Source: a virus. From it: a DNA stretch of 64,000 nucleotides. Every line of letters begins with the position of its first letter. Positions within the stretch are counted from its first letter, which is position 1. A program made the position numbers and the translations under genes. The DNA lies in the IMG/VR virus record IMGVR_UViG_3300050014_000823, positions 78,773-142,772 of that record; one strand, given 5' to 3'. The notes beneath the pieces are model-generated. The model was not told where the DNA came from and ran no database searches. It was given only the letters and a program-made list of their open reading frames with translations. Positions 1-9,617 of this stretch are shown here, one piece after another.

Positions 1-233
1 CTCAGCAAGTGCAAACTTATCAATTGGAAAGTGTGTTAGATATACTATCAGCATCCAATTAAGGTCGAAGTTCCACATGAATGTGCACACTGCAAGGGTA
101 TAAAGCAAACAGTGAATTGTTGCTGATAACCACCCAACAAGAGTAGATTTGCTTTTATTTAACGCTAAATATTCGTTTTGAAGAAGATAATCTCCAACCA
201 AATGACCCAATAACATTTGAAACCACATAATTT

Positions 234-965
234 TTATTTTTTAATAAATTTTGTCCACCCATAATAAGATTTTACACCATTACGATGTAGCTTACTCATT
301 CCTTTCATTCTTAAATCATGTTCAACACAAAAATTTGTAAGATTTGTTATGTTTTCATGTACAATTCCTTCTGGACTGATAAAAGAATATGTGTGAGAAT
401 AATCTTTCACCCATCCCTTATAATAATAGATTTCTCCCTTTAATAATAATCCTATTGCACCATTTTCTAATCCATTATCTCTGCAAAATTTTCTGATATT
501 TCTAAAGTCAACAGTTTTATTTTCTGGTGATATTAGTGTATATGTTTTATTTGCTTTCTCACCCCATGTTTTAGACATCTGTTCCCTAACCGTAGCAGGT
601 ATTGTCTTACCCAAATGACTATTTGACATTTGTTTTATTGATGCAACACTAAACTGACGACCACTACAATTACCCGCAGTCCAACATATATTATAGTTTA
701 AGTTTGCAGGATAATTCTTTTTTCTGTCATCAAGGTATTTCTGTTCTTTAGTCAATATAAATTTATTATCCACATTTTCCAAAACAATAAACTCAAAATT
801 ATTTATTCCATGCTTATTATATGCCCTTTGAAGATGTATATTATGATGATTATTTGCTTTCAAATCTTTCTTATGTCTAATCCAACGAGAGTTACCATTA
901 CCAATTGCACTACCAATGTATGTGGCATCATTAATTTTATTTACTATAGAATAAACAACTCCCAT
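234..965 (-). CDS. GIY-YIG homing endonuclease with NUMOD-type C-terminal DNA-binding region
   Basis: N-terminal GVVYSI...TYIGSA...R...H (GIY-YIG), Lys-rich C-terminus; 243 aa. Confidence 0.75.
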   Translation of the reverse strand: MGVVYSIVNKINDATYIGSAIGNGNSRWIRHKKDLKANNHHNIHLQRAYNKHGINNFEFIVLENVDNKFILTKEQKYLDDRKKNYPANLNYNICWTAGNCSGRQFSVASIKQMSNSHLGKTIPATVREQMSKTWGEKANKTYTLISPENKTVDFRNIRKFCRDNGLENGAIGLLLKGEIYYYKGWVKDYSHTYSFISPEGIVHENITNLTNFCVEHDLRMKGMSKLHRNGVKSYYGWTKFIKK

Positions 966-999
966 TTAAATCATTTTGCTATAAATACTCACCAATATA

Positions 1000-1287
1000 C
1001 TATTCATCGTTATTATCGGGTTGACTTGTTAAATGCCAGAAACCACATATGTGACATCTGTAACTTCTTTGTGGGCGCATGTCTTTCTTGCCCATCCTTC
1101 TGTTAATCCTCTTGCCATTAACGTACTTGTGGTGGTTCTTGGCATAGTTGATAACTGCTTGCGCATCTTTAAACGACCTATACTGGATTTTTTCACACTT
1201 TGGTCGCTTAACGATTGCCACGGGAACTTCAACATTGCGTTGAATAATTTCCACGTTTGTGTCGGGAGTCATAGTTTCGGGTAACAT
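1000..1287 (-). CDS. hypothetical small basic protein with possible zinc knuckle (RCHICGFWH)
   Basis: 95-aa ORF packed between neighbouring minus-strand genes. Confidence 0.35.
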   Translation of the reverse strand: MLPETMTPDTNVEIIQRNVEVPVAIVKRPKCEKIQYRSFKDAQAVINYAKNHHKYVNGKRINRRMGKKDMRPQRSYRCHICGFWHLTSQPDNNDE

Positions 1288-1289
1288 AA

Positions 1290-1559
1290 CTAAAGGTCTT
1301 TAGCAATATGTCTGATTTCAAACTGTTCAAATTGTGGTGAACCGCCAACACCAACCGCAAAGCCATCGAAAGGTTTCAACCACTTAATGAAGTCTTCTTC
1401 TGAACCTTCAACAACAGCATTGTCGCCTTCCATCATATGTCCTTCGGAATCATTATCGGCAGGAAACACAACACTAATTTCACCAAAGTTAGCTAATACC
1501 TTAATTGTCTTAGGCATTGCCATTTTTAATTCTGGGGTTAAGAGTATATTATTTGTCAT
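1290..1559 (-). CDS. hypothetical protein
   Basis: 89-aa ORF, tight packing. Confidence 0.4.
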   Translation of the reverse strand: MTNNILLTPELKMAMPKTIKVLANFGEISVVFPADNDSEGHMMEGDNAVVEGSEEDFIKWLKPFDGFAVGVGGSPQFEQFEIRHIAKDL

Positions 1560-1903
1560 ATTACGTGGAGTTCTTTAACAATTATTACTGTAAGCATCAT
1601 TATTGACACAACACCATCAGCAAATAAGTATCTACTGATTTGTTTAGTGAACACACTTCTTTCCATAACATCATCCATTATTTGAAACGCTGTAATGACA
1701 GATACTATAAGCACAGCTAATCCTATGTACCAATATCCGACAAACATCAGTGCCACTAAGAATAACATATAGGCAATTTCAACAATCACCATCCAAAAAT
1801 TCTTATCACGCTTTGTTGCTGCAATCCAATAGGTTGGAAGCATGAACAATTTCAATAATTCGTATGCTATAAAGCAAAATGTTAAATAAGTAATTAGTTT
1901 CAT
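1556..1903 (-). CDS. hypothetical integral membrane protein (3-4 TM)
   Basis: strongly hydrophobic 115-aa ORF. Confidence 0.45.
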   Translation of the reverse strand: MKLITYLTFCFIAYELLKLFMLPTYWIAATKRDKNFWMVIVEIAYMLFLVALMFVGYWYIGLAVLIVSVITAFQIMDDVMERSVFTKQISRYLFADGVVSIMMLTVIIVKELHVI

Positions 1904-1908
1904 GATTA

Positions 1909-2433
1909 TTATTTTTTACCAAATTTCCGAGTAATCCAAGCAATTGCCGTATTGAGCCATTTTACTACAACGTTGGGTTTTTTCTCAATTTTCTTTTCTG
2001 GTTGCATTGCATTCCAAATATTATCAAGTTGTTCCAATGTGAACACGCCCCAAGGTAATGCTTTCCTTGATAATACATCAAGAGTAACCAATGTATTAGG
2101 TTCGAGTTTGTAGTCCAAATAATAGGTGTATATTACTGCATTTCTGGGATTTTCCATATATAGCAGTAACATTATAAGTGCACCAAGCGATATTTTAAGG
2201 GTCGTGCAAACCTCAACTCGTTTGAGAAATACTCGTGATACAAATGAATCGATAATCGGTTCGAAATGCAGGTATAAATCAGAATTCTTATCCAACTTAT
2301 TGATGTCGATATTGAGATTATCATCTTTGCTCATAAGAAATGACATAAGAATTTTTGCATCTTCTTCTGTCAATTCCATGCAAGGTTGATTTACCTTAAA
2401 TGCTTCTATAACTTTATCATCGTAGTTGTTCAT
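1909..2433 (-). CDS. hypothetical protein
   Basis: 174-aa ORF immediately downstream of a conserved promoter motif (2450-2480). Confidence 0.5.
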   Translation of the reverse strand: MNNYDDKVIEAFKVNQPCMELTEEDAKILMSFLMSKDDNLNIDINKLDKNSDLYLHFEPIIDSFVSRVFLKRVEVCTTLKISLGALIMLLLYMENPRNAVIYTYYLDYKLEPNTLVTLDVLSRKALPWGVFTLEQLDNIWNAMQPEKKIEKKPNVVVKWLNTAIAWITRKFGKK

Positions 2434-2449
2434 AGTAGTATGTTTTCGT

Positions 2450-2480
2450 GATTATACGTAAACCAAAGAAAAATGTTACA
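2450..2480 (-). promoter_or_regulatory. conserved phage promoter motif (minus-strand form GATTATACGTAA-N13-ATGTTACA = TGTAACAT...TTTACGTATAATC)
   Basis: one of at least 8 near-identical full-spacing copies placed 5-40 nt upstream of gene starts. Confidence 0.6.
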
Positions 2481-2718
2481 GATTACAGTCTCTTTTTTTC
2501 TTAAAAAATGGTTTAAGGTCTTCTTTGGTAATTTTACCTTGCTCAAGCATAGCTGTAACAAATTGTCTTGATGATACAATATAATTGTTCCTTGCTTGAA
2601 TTACCTTCTGATATTCTGTACAGAAATTTTCCAAACGATTGATTTCCTTCTGATGACTTGAATTAGCTTTATCGAAAGGTGTTTTTAATAGCTTACGCTT
2701 ACTGTTTAGGTATGTCAT
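2476..2718 (-). CDS. hypothetical protein
   Basis: 80-aa ORF. Confidence 0.3.
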   Translation of the reverse strand: MTYLNSKRKLLKTPFDKANSSHQKEINRLENFCTEYQKVIQARNNYIVSSRQFVTAMLEQGKITKEDLKPFFKKKRDCNL

Positions 2719-3421
2719 TCTGTTTGATTTTAAGGTGTTTATAGTTCCGATAGTAATCCCAATATGCTTTCAACCTTACCTTAATGGTAGGTTCATCTTC
2801 GAGTTTATATCTATAATCTATGAAAGGAAGTATTGTAAAAAAGTACGGTAGATTTGTTCTAACCATTTCACGAGCAATCCTGTCAGCAGCTTCTTCACTC
2901 TCATCATTATTAAGTGTTATGGCATAGTGATGACCAATCTCATGAAAGTATGTTGAGTAGAAGGCAAGTAAACCGAACTTCTGTGCTTCTTCATGACAGA
3001 GCAAAATCTTTGGTAGAACAAAGCTATCTTCCTGTACATTTGTTTCTTCACCTGCAAATTTACAGATATCTCTATATGACTTCCTGTACTTTTTCTCTAA
3101 CTCTCGGATTTTTCTTAAAGTATTGTCACAATTCTTCTGATGTTCCGGGTCACGAGTGTAAACATACATGCCAAGTGCTTCCTTCTTTTCCTCTGTGCCT
3201 CCCCTGCCTTTATTAAGTTCTTCGTATGTCTTATAAAATACAGGAAGATTCTGCTCAGTTGTAATTCTGAGCAGAACATCATCTATCATCTTAATAAGTG
3301 CGGGGTGCTGTTCTAATTTAAATCGTAAAAAGCGTACCTGTAGACCAAGCCATGTGACTTGTAGTAATGCAAATCCCATTGCGCAGAGAAATACTCCGAC
3401 AAATATGAATAATCCAACCAT
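2699..3421 (-). CDS. membrane-anchored ImmA/IrrE-like zinc metallopeptidase (HExxH)
   Basis: N-terminal TM helix; FHEIGHHYAITL...ESEEAADRIAREMV fits the HEXXH...E.EA..FA signature of COG2856 peptidases. Confidence 0.5.
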   Translation of the reverse strand: MVGLFIFVGVFLCAMGFALLQVTWLGLQVRFLRFKLEQHPALIKMIDDVLLRITTEQNLPVFYKTYEELNKGRGGTEEKKEALGMYVYTRDPEHQKNCDNTLRKIRELEKKYRKSYRDICKFAGEETNVQEDSFVLPKILLCHEEAQKFGLLAFYSTYFHEIGHHYAITLNNDESEEAADRIAREMVRTNLPYFFTILPFIDYRYKLEDEPTIKVRLKAYWDYYRNYKHLKIKQNDIPKQ

Positions 3422-3969
3422 TACAGTAAGCCATTAGCAACATAATGTTCAACAGTAGCATCAAGCGAAGCAATACGAATTACATCAGTATCAACGCCAA
3501 AATGATATCGAAGTGGAATGCCTTTATCAATGCCAAAATTTGCGACCATTTCATCAACGATAAAAATAGCAATACCCCTTTTTCCATAATTGAGCATGTC
3601 GTTGATAAGTTCATAATTATCAACAACACTGTAACTGTCAACATTAACCCTAATGAGTTTTTCGGGTTTGCCGATTTCAATCACAGGTGCTTTTTTCTGA
3701 AACAATCCCGTACTACCGTTTAGCGGTAGCATAGCATCATACTTGGGATTAATAACATCCTTGTCAACGTCATATGTGAATGTTGGACTGAATACGAAAC
3801 GCACCTTGTTGATTGGTACATTATTATCGTGCAATATTCTCCTGTTAAGTTTAACTAAACTCTTCTGATGGTCGGTCAACACATCAGCACCAAAGGTATG
3901 TTTCTGATAAACAGTTTTACCTTCGAAAACATTAGCTACTTTTCCAAAAATGTATTGCAAGAAGTTCAT
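3421..3969 (-). CDS. hypothetical protein
   Basis: 182-aa ORF, no motif recognised. Confidence 0.4.
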   Translation of the reverse strand: MNFLQYIFGKVANVFEGKTVYQKHTFGADVLTDHQKSLVKLNRRILHDNNVPINKVRFVFSPTFTYDVDKDVINPKYDAMLPLNGSTGLFQKKAPVIEIGKPEKLIRVNVDSYSVVDNYELINDMLNYGKRGIAIFIVDEMVANFGIDKGIPLRYHFGVDTDVIRIASLDATVEHYVANGLL

Positions 3970-3973
3970 TGTC

Positions 3974-4525
3974 TTACTGTATTAAATCGTTAAACCATTC
4001 GTAGTTGTCTTGTGACTTATCTCCCGTTAAATTATCACATCGATAGAACTTCAAATAAAGTTCCAAACTGTCAAGTGCATTTAAATCACTTATAAGTTTT
4101 TCTGCACGTCTTTTTGCTTTGTACCAATCTTCATGTCTTCCACCTGCGGACCAAGCATTGTATGCATCATCATGCAATAAAATAACTTGAAGTACGTTTG
4201 TGTCATGGCAAAATTTTTCTGCAAATTTTTTGGCTATAAAACCATGATGGTTGTCACCTTGTTTCGGGAGATTCTGATTGACTTTGTTCTTGAACGTGTC
4301 GTGTGTTATAGCAATCAGTCTGAGGCTCGTCCTGTCTTCATCGTCTTTAAAAAACTTGTCGATGTTACCGAGGACTTCCTCGATATGATAAATGACTGCT
4401 CCTTCGGGGTGTCCTGGTCTGCTCTTTCCGTAATTTGCTCCAACAATAAATTCTTCGTCTTCACAAATAGCCAGTTCTACTCCACTCTCAGGTTTTATTA
4501 TTTCTTTAATTTCTTGTTTATTCAT
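3974..4525 (-). CDS. hypothetical protein, possible HD-type phosphohydrolase (several H/HD dyads)
   Basis: ITHD, GDNHHG, CHD and LLHDD spacing is HD-domain-like; weak. Confidence 0.3.
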   Translation of the reverse strand: MNKQEIKEIIKPESGVELAICEDEEFIVGANYGKSRPGHPEGAVIYHIEEVLGNIDKFFKDDEDRTSLRLIAITHDTFKNKVNQNLPKQGDNHHGFIAKKFAEKFCHDTNVLQVILLHDDAYNAWSAGGRHEDWYKAKRRAEKLISDLNALDSLELYLKFYRCDNLTGDKSQDNYEWFNDLIQ

Positions 4526-5304
4526 TTTATTATTTTTATTAATAATTCTCGTGTAAGGTAAAATCTATTAGCCAATACAATGTTTAAATCAGGATGGTCT
4601 TTTTTAAAGCATTCAAATTTCTCCATTGACCTTTTATATGTGAAGCCTTTAACTTCAAAAATACAGTCATCAGTAAAAAAATCGGGAGTATATGTACTGC
4701 CATCGCTTAGTTTATATGTTGTTTTTTCATAATCCCAATCAACATGGCATTTATCCAAGTATTGAGCAAATTTTTCTTCCCATTTTGACCTAAAAATAAA
4801 CATTCTTCCTTTAACATCAATAAAAGTAATTGGTTTAACTTTAGGTGGAAGTTTTCCATACTGACCATTTTTATCACCAGATACTTTTTCTCTGATTGTT
4901 TGCTTGGATGCTTCCGTGTGATGCCAATCATGTGGTGGTATTCTGTTTTTATTGTATTCACTAACTCCCGGTTTTTTAATTCCTAAATTACCAATTCTTA
5001 TTTTATTTTTTGTTTCATCACTAACAATTCGTCCTTCACGAGATTTACAATTCTTTTCACGATATTCTTCATCTTGCCAACGTAATACAACTGCTTTACC
5101 AATTTTATCCTTATGTTCTTGGGATAATTTTTTATTTTTGGTTTTTAAAGTCATAGATTCGGACCTGCGTTTTCTTTCACTATCCGATATGCATTGTTTT
5201 TTACCTGTTAAATAAATATTTCTACATTCAATCGAACAACAGTATTTTCCTTGACCGAAATAAGATTCATTACAAACATTACATATTCTATGACTTTTTC
5301 CCAT
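4522..5304 (-). CDS. homing-endonuclease-like protein: N-terminal Cys4 finger, two NUMOD3 motifs, C-terminal PD-(D/E)xK-like nuclease domain
   Basis: CNVCN...CCSIEC; SQEHKDKIGKA and SDETKNKIRIGN (NUMOD3); C-terminal TPDFF...IFEVKG. Confidence 0.5.
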   Translation of the reverse strand: MGKSHRICNVCNESYFGQGKYCCSIECRNIYLTGKKQCISDSERKRRSESMTLKTKNKKLSQEHKDKIGKAVVLRWQDEEYREKNCKSREGRIVSDETKNKIRIGNLGIKKPGVSEYNKNRIPPHDWHHTEASKQTIREKVSGDKNGQYGKLPPKVKPITFIDVKGRMFIFRSKWEEKFAQYLDKCHVDWDYEKTTYKLSDGSTYTPDFFTDDCIFEVKGFTYKRSMEKFECFKKDHPDLNIVLANRFYLTRELLIKIIK

Positions 5305-5306
5305 AA

Positions 5307-5696
5307 CTATAGTGATATTTCAAATCTACTTATCATTTTCAGTATTGTTTCATCGGGAACAGAATGTATATTTTTTGTTGACATTCGATTCTCAACTATA
5401 ATACTAAATACTTTGTAGTTGAAATTTTGTGCTAATTTCATATATGGTTGCAATTCTCTTTCGGTTGTCAAAGTGTTTGCAACAATAATGCGTGATGCTT
5501 GCTTCTTCATGAATCTCCTGCACTTACGCTGGCACCATGAGTGAGCTGCACCAATCTTAGCGGAATTCCACAAATACATACCGTCACGCACAAAATAATC
5601 ATCAGCACAACACACCGCTTTAATGCTAAGTGCCTCTGCCAATGACGATTTTCCACTGCCTGGAACGCCACGAATCAAAAATAATATCTTTTCCAT
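5307..5696 (-). CDS. P-loop kinase resembling the polynucleotide kinase (PNK) kinase domain
   Basis: Walker A GVPGSGKSS near N-terminus, 129 aa, similar to T4 Pnk N-terminal GCPGSGKST. Confidence 0.55.
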   Translation of the reverse strand: MEKILFLIRGVPGSGKSSLAEALSIKAVCCADDYFVRDGMYLWNSAKIGAAHSWCQRKCRRFMKKQASRIIVANTLTTERELQPYMKLAQNFNYKVFSIIVENRMSTKNIHSVPDETILKMISRFEISL

Positions 5697-5734
5697 TGTG
5701 CAATTATACGTAAAATAATTTAAAAGGTTATAAT

Positions 5735-5971
5735 TTATCTCAAAATAAATCTGTCATTGAGTGTTTTTTCCAATGACTCATAAATTTCTGAGTGTTTCTC
5801 CCAAAAAATTACAGCCATAAGTAGTTCTTCCCGAAGTCTACTGGCTTCGGCATCCCAATCTGGTGGTTCTTGCCAATATCCTACAAAGTGAATGACTGTT
5901 GTATTATCACTTCCAATATCATCGGGATTCTCTGGGTCAACGACCATTATACCATGTGTGAATTTTTCCAT
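5735..5971 (-). CDS. hypothetical protein
   Basis: 78-aa ORF. Confidence 0.35.
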   Translation of the reverse strand: MEKFTHGIMVVDPENPDDIGSDNTTVIHFVGYWQEPPDWDAEASRLREELLMAVIFWEKHSEIYESLEKTLNDRFILR

Positions 5972-5972
5972 T

Positions 5973-6449
5973 TTACTTTAATATTTCACGTACTTCCATT
6001 AATGCTTTACCTAAGAGGTTCATACCTCTCCACTGACTTTCATCGAGAACCCTATCGTCTTCCCAATGTAAACCAATTCCCCATATTATATCATAGGGAC
6101 TTGCCTCAACAATTATCTTATCTTCTGTTGATTTAAGTAAGGATTTTAAGTCTTTATTTTGGTCGAACTTGGCATAATTAACATCGACCATAGCATCATA
6201 TCCTGCAGTCAGCCACTCTTTTTGGTCAAAGTTTTTAACTTTACGACCTAATTTCTTTACAACACTTGGGGTAGGGCAGGCAAGTATCATACTTGCAGAT
6301 TGACTGTCGTTGAAATACATTGCTTTTTCCCACATGAATGCCTGTTCACTGTTCTGAAAAATATGCTCTTTGTATTTGAATGTGCATAAGTGCCAATTGG
6401 AGAATTCTGAACCCCAAAAGAATACATGTGTGTCAGTTATTCTTTCCAT
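5973..6449 (-). CDS. NADAR/YbiA-family (DUF1768) N-glycosidase-like protein
   Basis: FFWGSEFSNWH...NSEQAFMWEKA motifs. Confidence 0.7.
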   Translation of the reverse strand: MERITDTHVFFWGSEFSNWHLCTFKYKEHIFQNSEQAFMWEKAMYFNDSQSASMILACPTPSVVKKLGRKVKNFDQKEWLTAGYDAMVDVNYAKFDQNKDLKSLLKSTEDKIIVEASPYDIIWGIGLHWEDDRVLDESQWRGMNLLGKALMEVREILK

Positions 6450-6451
6450 GA

Positions 6452-6913
6452 TTAAAATTTTAGTTTAACTCCAATGCCATTTTCATTCATACTTAATCCT
6501 GCTTTTCCCATGTTACCAATTCCAGACAATTCAAATCCAAATCCAATTAGAGATAATATGCCAGCACCAATATAATAGTTCTTTCTACTACTTGTGAGGT
6601 CATTTATTTCTTGAACACTTCTTGCATCTGTTATTCTTTTTCCATAAGAATCCGAAATTACTAAAGCAAACGCCCCTGAAAATATTTGAAGTCCAACGCC
6701 CGTAAAAATTTGATTTTTTGCTTTTATCAAATAATCCCCCGGTAAAATAGCATTATCGTTTATTGTTGATTTTTGCTTTTCATTAAGATTAGAATTATAA
6801 ATGTTAATGGGTGGTGTTGTATATGGTTTAACCGCCTCATACAAATTTATTTGCTGTCCAAAAGAATTTAATGTTAATAGAAACATTGTTGACATTAAAA
6901 ATAATAATTTTTT
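6452..6913 (-). CDS. secreted protein (signal peptide), possible beta-barrel
   Basis: MKKLLFLMSTMFLLTLNSFGQQ signal peptide; start chosen at internal Met because the promoter motif at 6949-6980 overlaps the longer ORF. Confidence 0.5.
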   Translation of the reverse strand, partial: KKLLFLMSTMFLLTLNSFGQQINLYEAVKPYTTPPINIYNSNLNEKQKSTINDNAILPGDYLIKAKNQIFTGVGLQIFSGAFALVISDSYGKRITDARSVQEINDLTSSRKNYYIGAGILSLIGFGFELSGIGNMGKAGLSMNENGIGVKLKF

Positions 6914-6948
6914 CATAATTTTTAAAATTTTAATTAATGTACTTTTTT

Positions 6949-6980
6949 GATTATACGTAAATAATTTAATAATGTTACAA
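6949..6980 (-). promoter_or_regulatory. conserved phage promoter motif copy
   Basis: GATTATACGTAAATAATTTAATAATGTTACAA. Confidence 0.6.
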
Positions 6981-7034
6981 TTATAGTACATTTTTTCATA
7001 AAATCAAAGTATTTATTGTAAATACGTTGTCAAT

Positions 7035-7190
7035 ATGAAGAACAAAGAAACAAAAAAAATGTATTCGCTGAGAATACGTAAAGAACAAATAGAATATTTA
7101 AAGGAAGTTGCAGATAAGAATTTCACCACCGTGACCCAATATATTCTGGATTTAATAAATGCTGATATGAAAATTGGTAAAAATGTATAA
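7035..7190 (+). CDS. small ribbon-helix-helix (CopG/Arc-like) DNA-binding protein, 51 aa
   Basis: MKNKETKKMYSLRIRKEQIEYLKEVADKNFTTVTQYILDLINADMKIGKNV; stop overlaps the ATG of the downstream GIY-YIG gene (ATGTATAA). Confidence 0.45.
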   Translation: MKNKETKKMYSLRIRKEQIEYLKEVADKNFTTVTQYILDLINADMKIGKNV

Positions 7191-7875
7191 AATCTGTGGC
7201 ATATATAAAATAACATCACCGACAGGTAGAATTTATATTGGGCAATCGAAGGATATTTCTAAAAGAATTGAAACTTATAGAAATGTTCGGTGTGTCAAAC
7301 AAATTAGATTATATCGGTCAATTATTAAACATGGGTGGGATGCTCATATGTTTGAAGTTATTCATGTGTGTGATGAACTAAAACTTAATGATTTGGAAAA
7401 ACATTACATTAAATTTTATGATTGCTTTGATACTCTTAATGGATTAAATTTAACGAGTGGCGGTGATTCGCCCATAGTTTCAACTGAAACGAAAATAAGA
7501 ATTGGTTTAGCAAGTAAAGGAAGAGTACCACACAATAAAGGTAAGTCATTATCTGAAAAAACCAAAGAAAAATTAAGTTTGTCACATATAGGACTAACAC
7601 CACACAATAAGGGTAAAAAAACATCAATTCAAACAAAGTTAGTACAAAGTCAATCCCACATGGGTAATAAAAGTAAATTAGGTAGTTATGAACTATATAA
7701 TCAAGATAATGAATTGATGTATAAGTTCAGTGATAAATTTAAAAATAAAATGAAAGAATTTGGATTACCCACATATTCTTTCATTAGGTCATATCAAAAT
7801 AGCATAAAAATAAACAGAGGAATGTATAAAAATTGGTATGCGATAAAATTATTAGATGTCAATTCTGTTGCATAA
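7183..7875 (+). CDS. GIY-YIG homing endonuclease with NUMOD3 repeats
   Basis: MYKICGIYKITSPTGRIYIGQS...R...YR; TKIRIGLASKG, TKEKLSLSHIG. Confidence 0.85.
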   Translation: MYKICGIYKITSPTGRIYIGQSKDISKRIETYRNVRCVKQIRLYRSIIKHGWDAHMFEVIHVCDELKLNDLEKHYIKFYDCFDTLNGLNLTSGGDSPIVSTETKIRIGLASKGRVPHNKGKSLSEKTKEKLSLSHIGLTPHNKGKKTSIQTKLVQSQSHMGNKSKLGSYELYNQDNELMYKFSDKFKNKMKEFGLPTYSFIRSYQNSIKINRGMYKNWYAIKLLDVNSVA

Positions 7876-9372
7876 GACAGTAGCTGTCATTGAGGGTCTT
7901 GTAATTGCAACATAAAAAATTTGATTTCTTTCCTTTAGCACCCAATTATTTTCAATGTCGTTGAGCATAACATACACATGGGTGTATGTTGAACCCTGAG
8001 ATTTATGTCCAGTAATGGCATAACCGTAGTCTAAGTCTTTCTTAATAATATCTGAATTACCTCTGAGAGTACCATTACGAAACTTATCAATGGTCACCAT
8101 TATGATGCTTTGTCTGCGGAAGTCATAATATTTATTCCAGAGTTTTTTATTTGGTATTGCCATGTCTTTGAAATAATCATGCATTTCAGCATATAGGTGC
8201 AGATTGTCATAATCATTCGAATCAACAATGAACACGTCAACAAATTTGAACTTGTTATGTGCAAGATTTTCCCTCAACTTAACAGTCCAACCTTTGAGTC
8301 CGTAGAAGTTTTCTTCCAAATCGGATTTCTCCATCACACGGTAGTCTGCGCTGTTTTCAATTATATTATAACGCTGACTTTCACTCATTATGCTTCTGTA
8401 TGCCATTAGAACATCATTGACTTCAATAACATCAGGATTGATATTTTTCAGCAGTTCAATACGAATTATATTATTGGCTGCCATGACGGTTTCATTTCTC
8501 CAAGCAATGACCTTTACAAAATCAGTGTCTTTCTGATATTCTTCATTACTGAACTTCTCCAACATCAACTTGCGAAATTCCCTCTTATTGACTGTGAAGT
8601 AAATGCCCTCACCCAAATGATTTATATTGGACTTCCGGGGGAAACCACCATCAAGTCTATCAAGATTATTTCGTAGTGCATCGTATACAAATGCAAGTGG
8701 ATTAGTGTCGTTCTGCCTTTCAATCTTGGTCAGCCAGTGAATTTCAATGTCTTGTTGTGTGAACACCACAGATTCTCTTTCACCTACAGGTGGTATCTGT
8801 GCCGGGTCGCCCATGAACAGTACTTTGGTTCGACTACCAGTTGTCAGTCTCTTAATGAGTTCAAAGAGTTCTTGGTTAATCATTGATGCTTCGTCAATGA
8901 TAACGATATTATAATCACAAATTTTCGGAACTGCAATAGGATTGAAAATAGGTGAGTTTGGATTGAATTCATCCAAGTTCACATCCGGACGTAAACCACA
9001 AAGAGAATGTAGTGTTTGACCGTCTTCCCCGGTGGTATTCATAATGACCTTTTTGGCTTTATGTGTTGGTGCACTAACTACAATTCCCCATGAAGTTTCA
9101 TCTAGTATTTTCTTAATCAATGTTGACTTACCTGTTCCCGCATAACCCGCTAATGTAAAGAACGTCACACCTTCCTTCTTTATCCACAAGCGAATTTTTC
9201 CAACACCATCGTATTGTTCAGTATTGAAGGTGATTAGTTTGCCTGTGGGAAGCAATAGTTGATTGTCATTCTCAGTAATTGCTCTTACCGGTTTACTGCT
9301 GAATAAATCATCAAAGTCCATGTTTTTCGAGAAATCTCTGAATGGACTTTTAAATGGTTGTTTATAAGACAT
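7852..9372 (-). CDS. dda: Dda-like SF1 (RecD-family) DNA helicase
   Basis: Walker A GYAGTGKST, IIDEASM (Walker B), FMGDPAQIPPV, ITGHKSQGSTY motifs. Confidence 0.8.
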   Translation of the reverse strand: MSYKQPFKSPFRDFSKNMDFDDLFSSKPVRAITENDNQLLLPTGKLITFNTEQYDGVGKIRLWIKKEGVTFFTLAGYAGTGKSTLIKKILDETSWGIVVSAPTHKAKKVIMNTTGEDGQTLHSLCGLRPDVNLDEFNPNSPIFNPIAVPKICDYNIVIIDEASMINQELFELIKRLTTGSRTKVLFMGDPAQIPPVGERESVVFTQQDIEIHWLTKIERQNDTNPLAFVYDALRNNLDRLDGGFPRKSNINHLGEGIYFTVNKREFRKLMLEKFSNEEYQKDTDFVKVIAWRNETVMAANNIIRIELLKNINPDVIEVNDVLMAYRSIMSESQRYNIIENSADYRVMEKSDLEENFYGLKGWTVKLRENLAHNKFKFVDVFIVDSNDYDNLHLYAEMHDYFKDMAIPNKKLWNKYYDFRRQSIIMVTIDKFRNGTLRGNSDIIKKDLDYGYAITGHKSQGSTYTHVYVMLNDIENNWVLKERNQIFYVAITRPSMTATVLCNRIDI

Positions 9373-9617
9373 TACTTCCTTTGTTTGAGTGCCTTAATAA
9401 GTGCTTTAAGTGTTCTCAGACTTTTGAATTTAATTTCTTCCACGTCATACAATTCAATAGTATAACCACCTTTGACTTTTTCATCATTTGAATTTGAAAT
9501 CAATATGCCCTTTCCATTAACCTCGAAAGTGTAGTAATGAAATTTATCACCAAAATCGACATCATTTTGTCTTTTGAAACCTAATTTAAGTAGGTCTTTT
9601 GCTTTAATTCTTTTCAT
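9372..9617 (-). CDS. hypothetical protein
   Basis: 81-aa ORF, start overlaps helicase stop. Confidence 0.4.
   Translation of the reverse strand: MKRIKAKDLLKLGFKRQNDVDFGDKFHYYTFEVNGKGILISNSNDEKVKGGYTIELYDVEEIKFKSLRTLKALIKALKQRK

Noticed and set aside
6452-6991. Longer N-terminal extensions of ORFs 6452-6991, 25468-25758, 29272-29634, 40913-41983 and 30827-31450
   Set aside because: The extensions overlap conserved promoter motifs or upstream genes, and the internal Met gives a clean signal peptide or start, so the internal starts are preferred.
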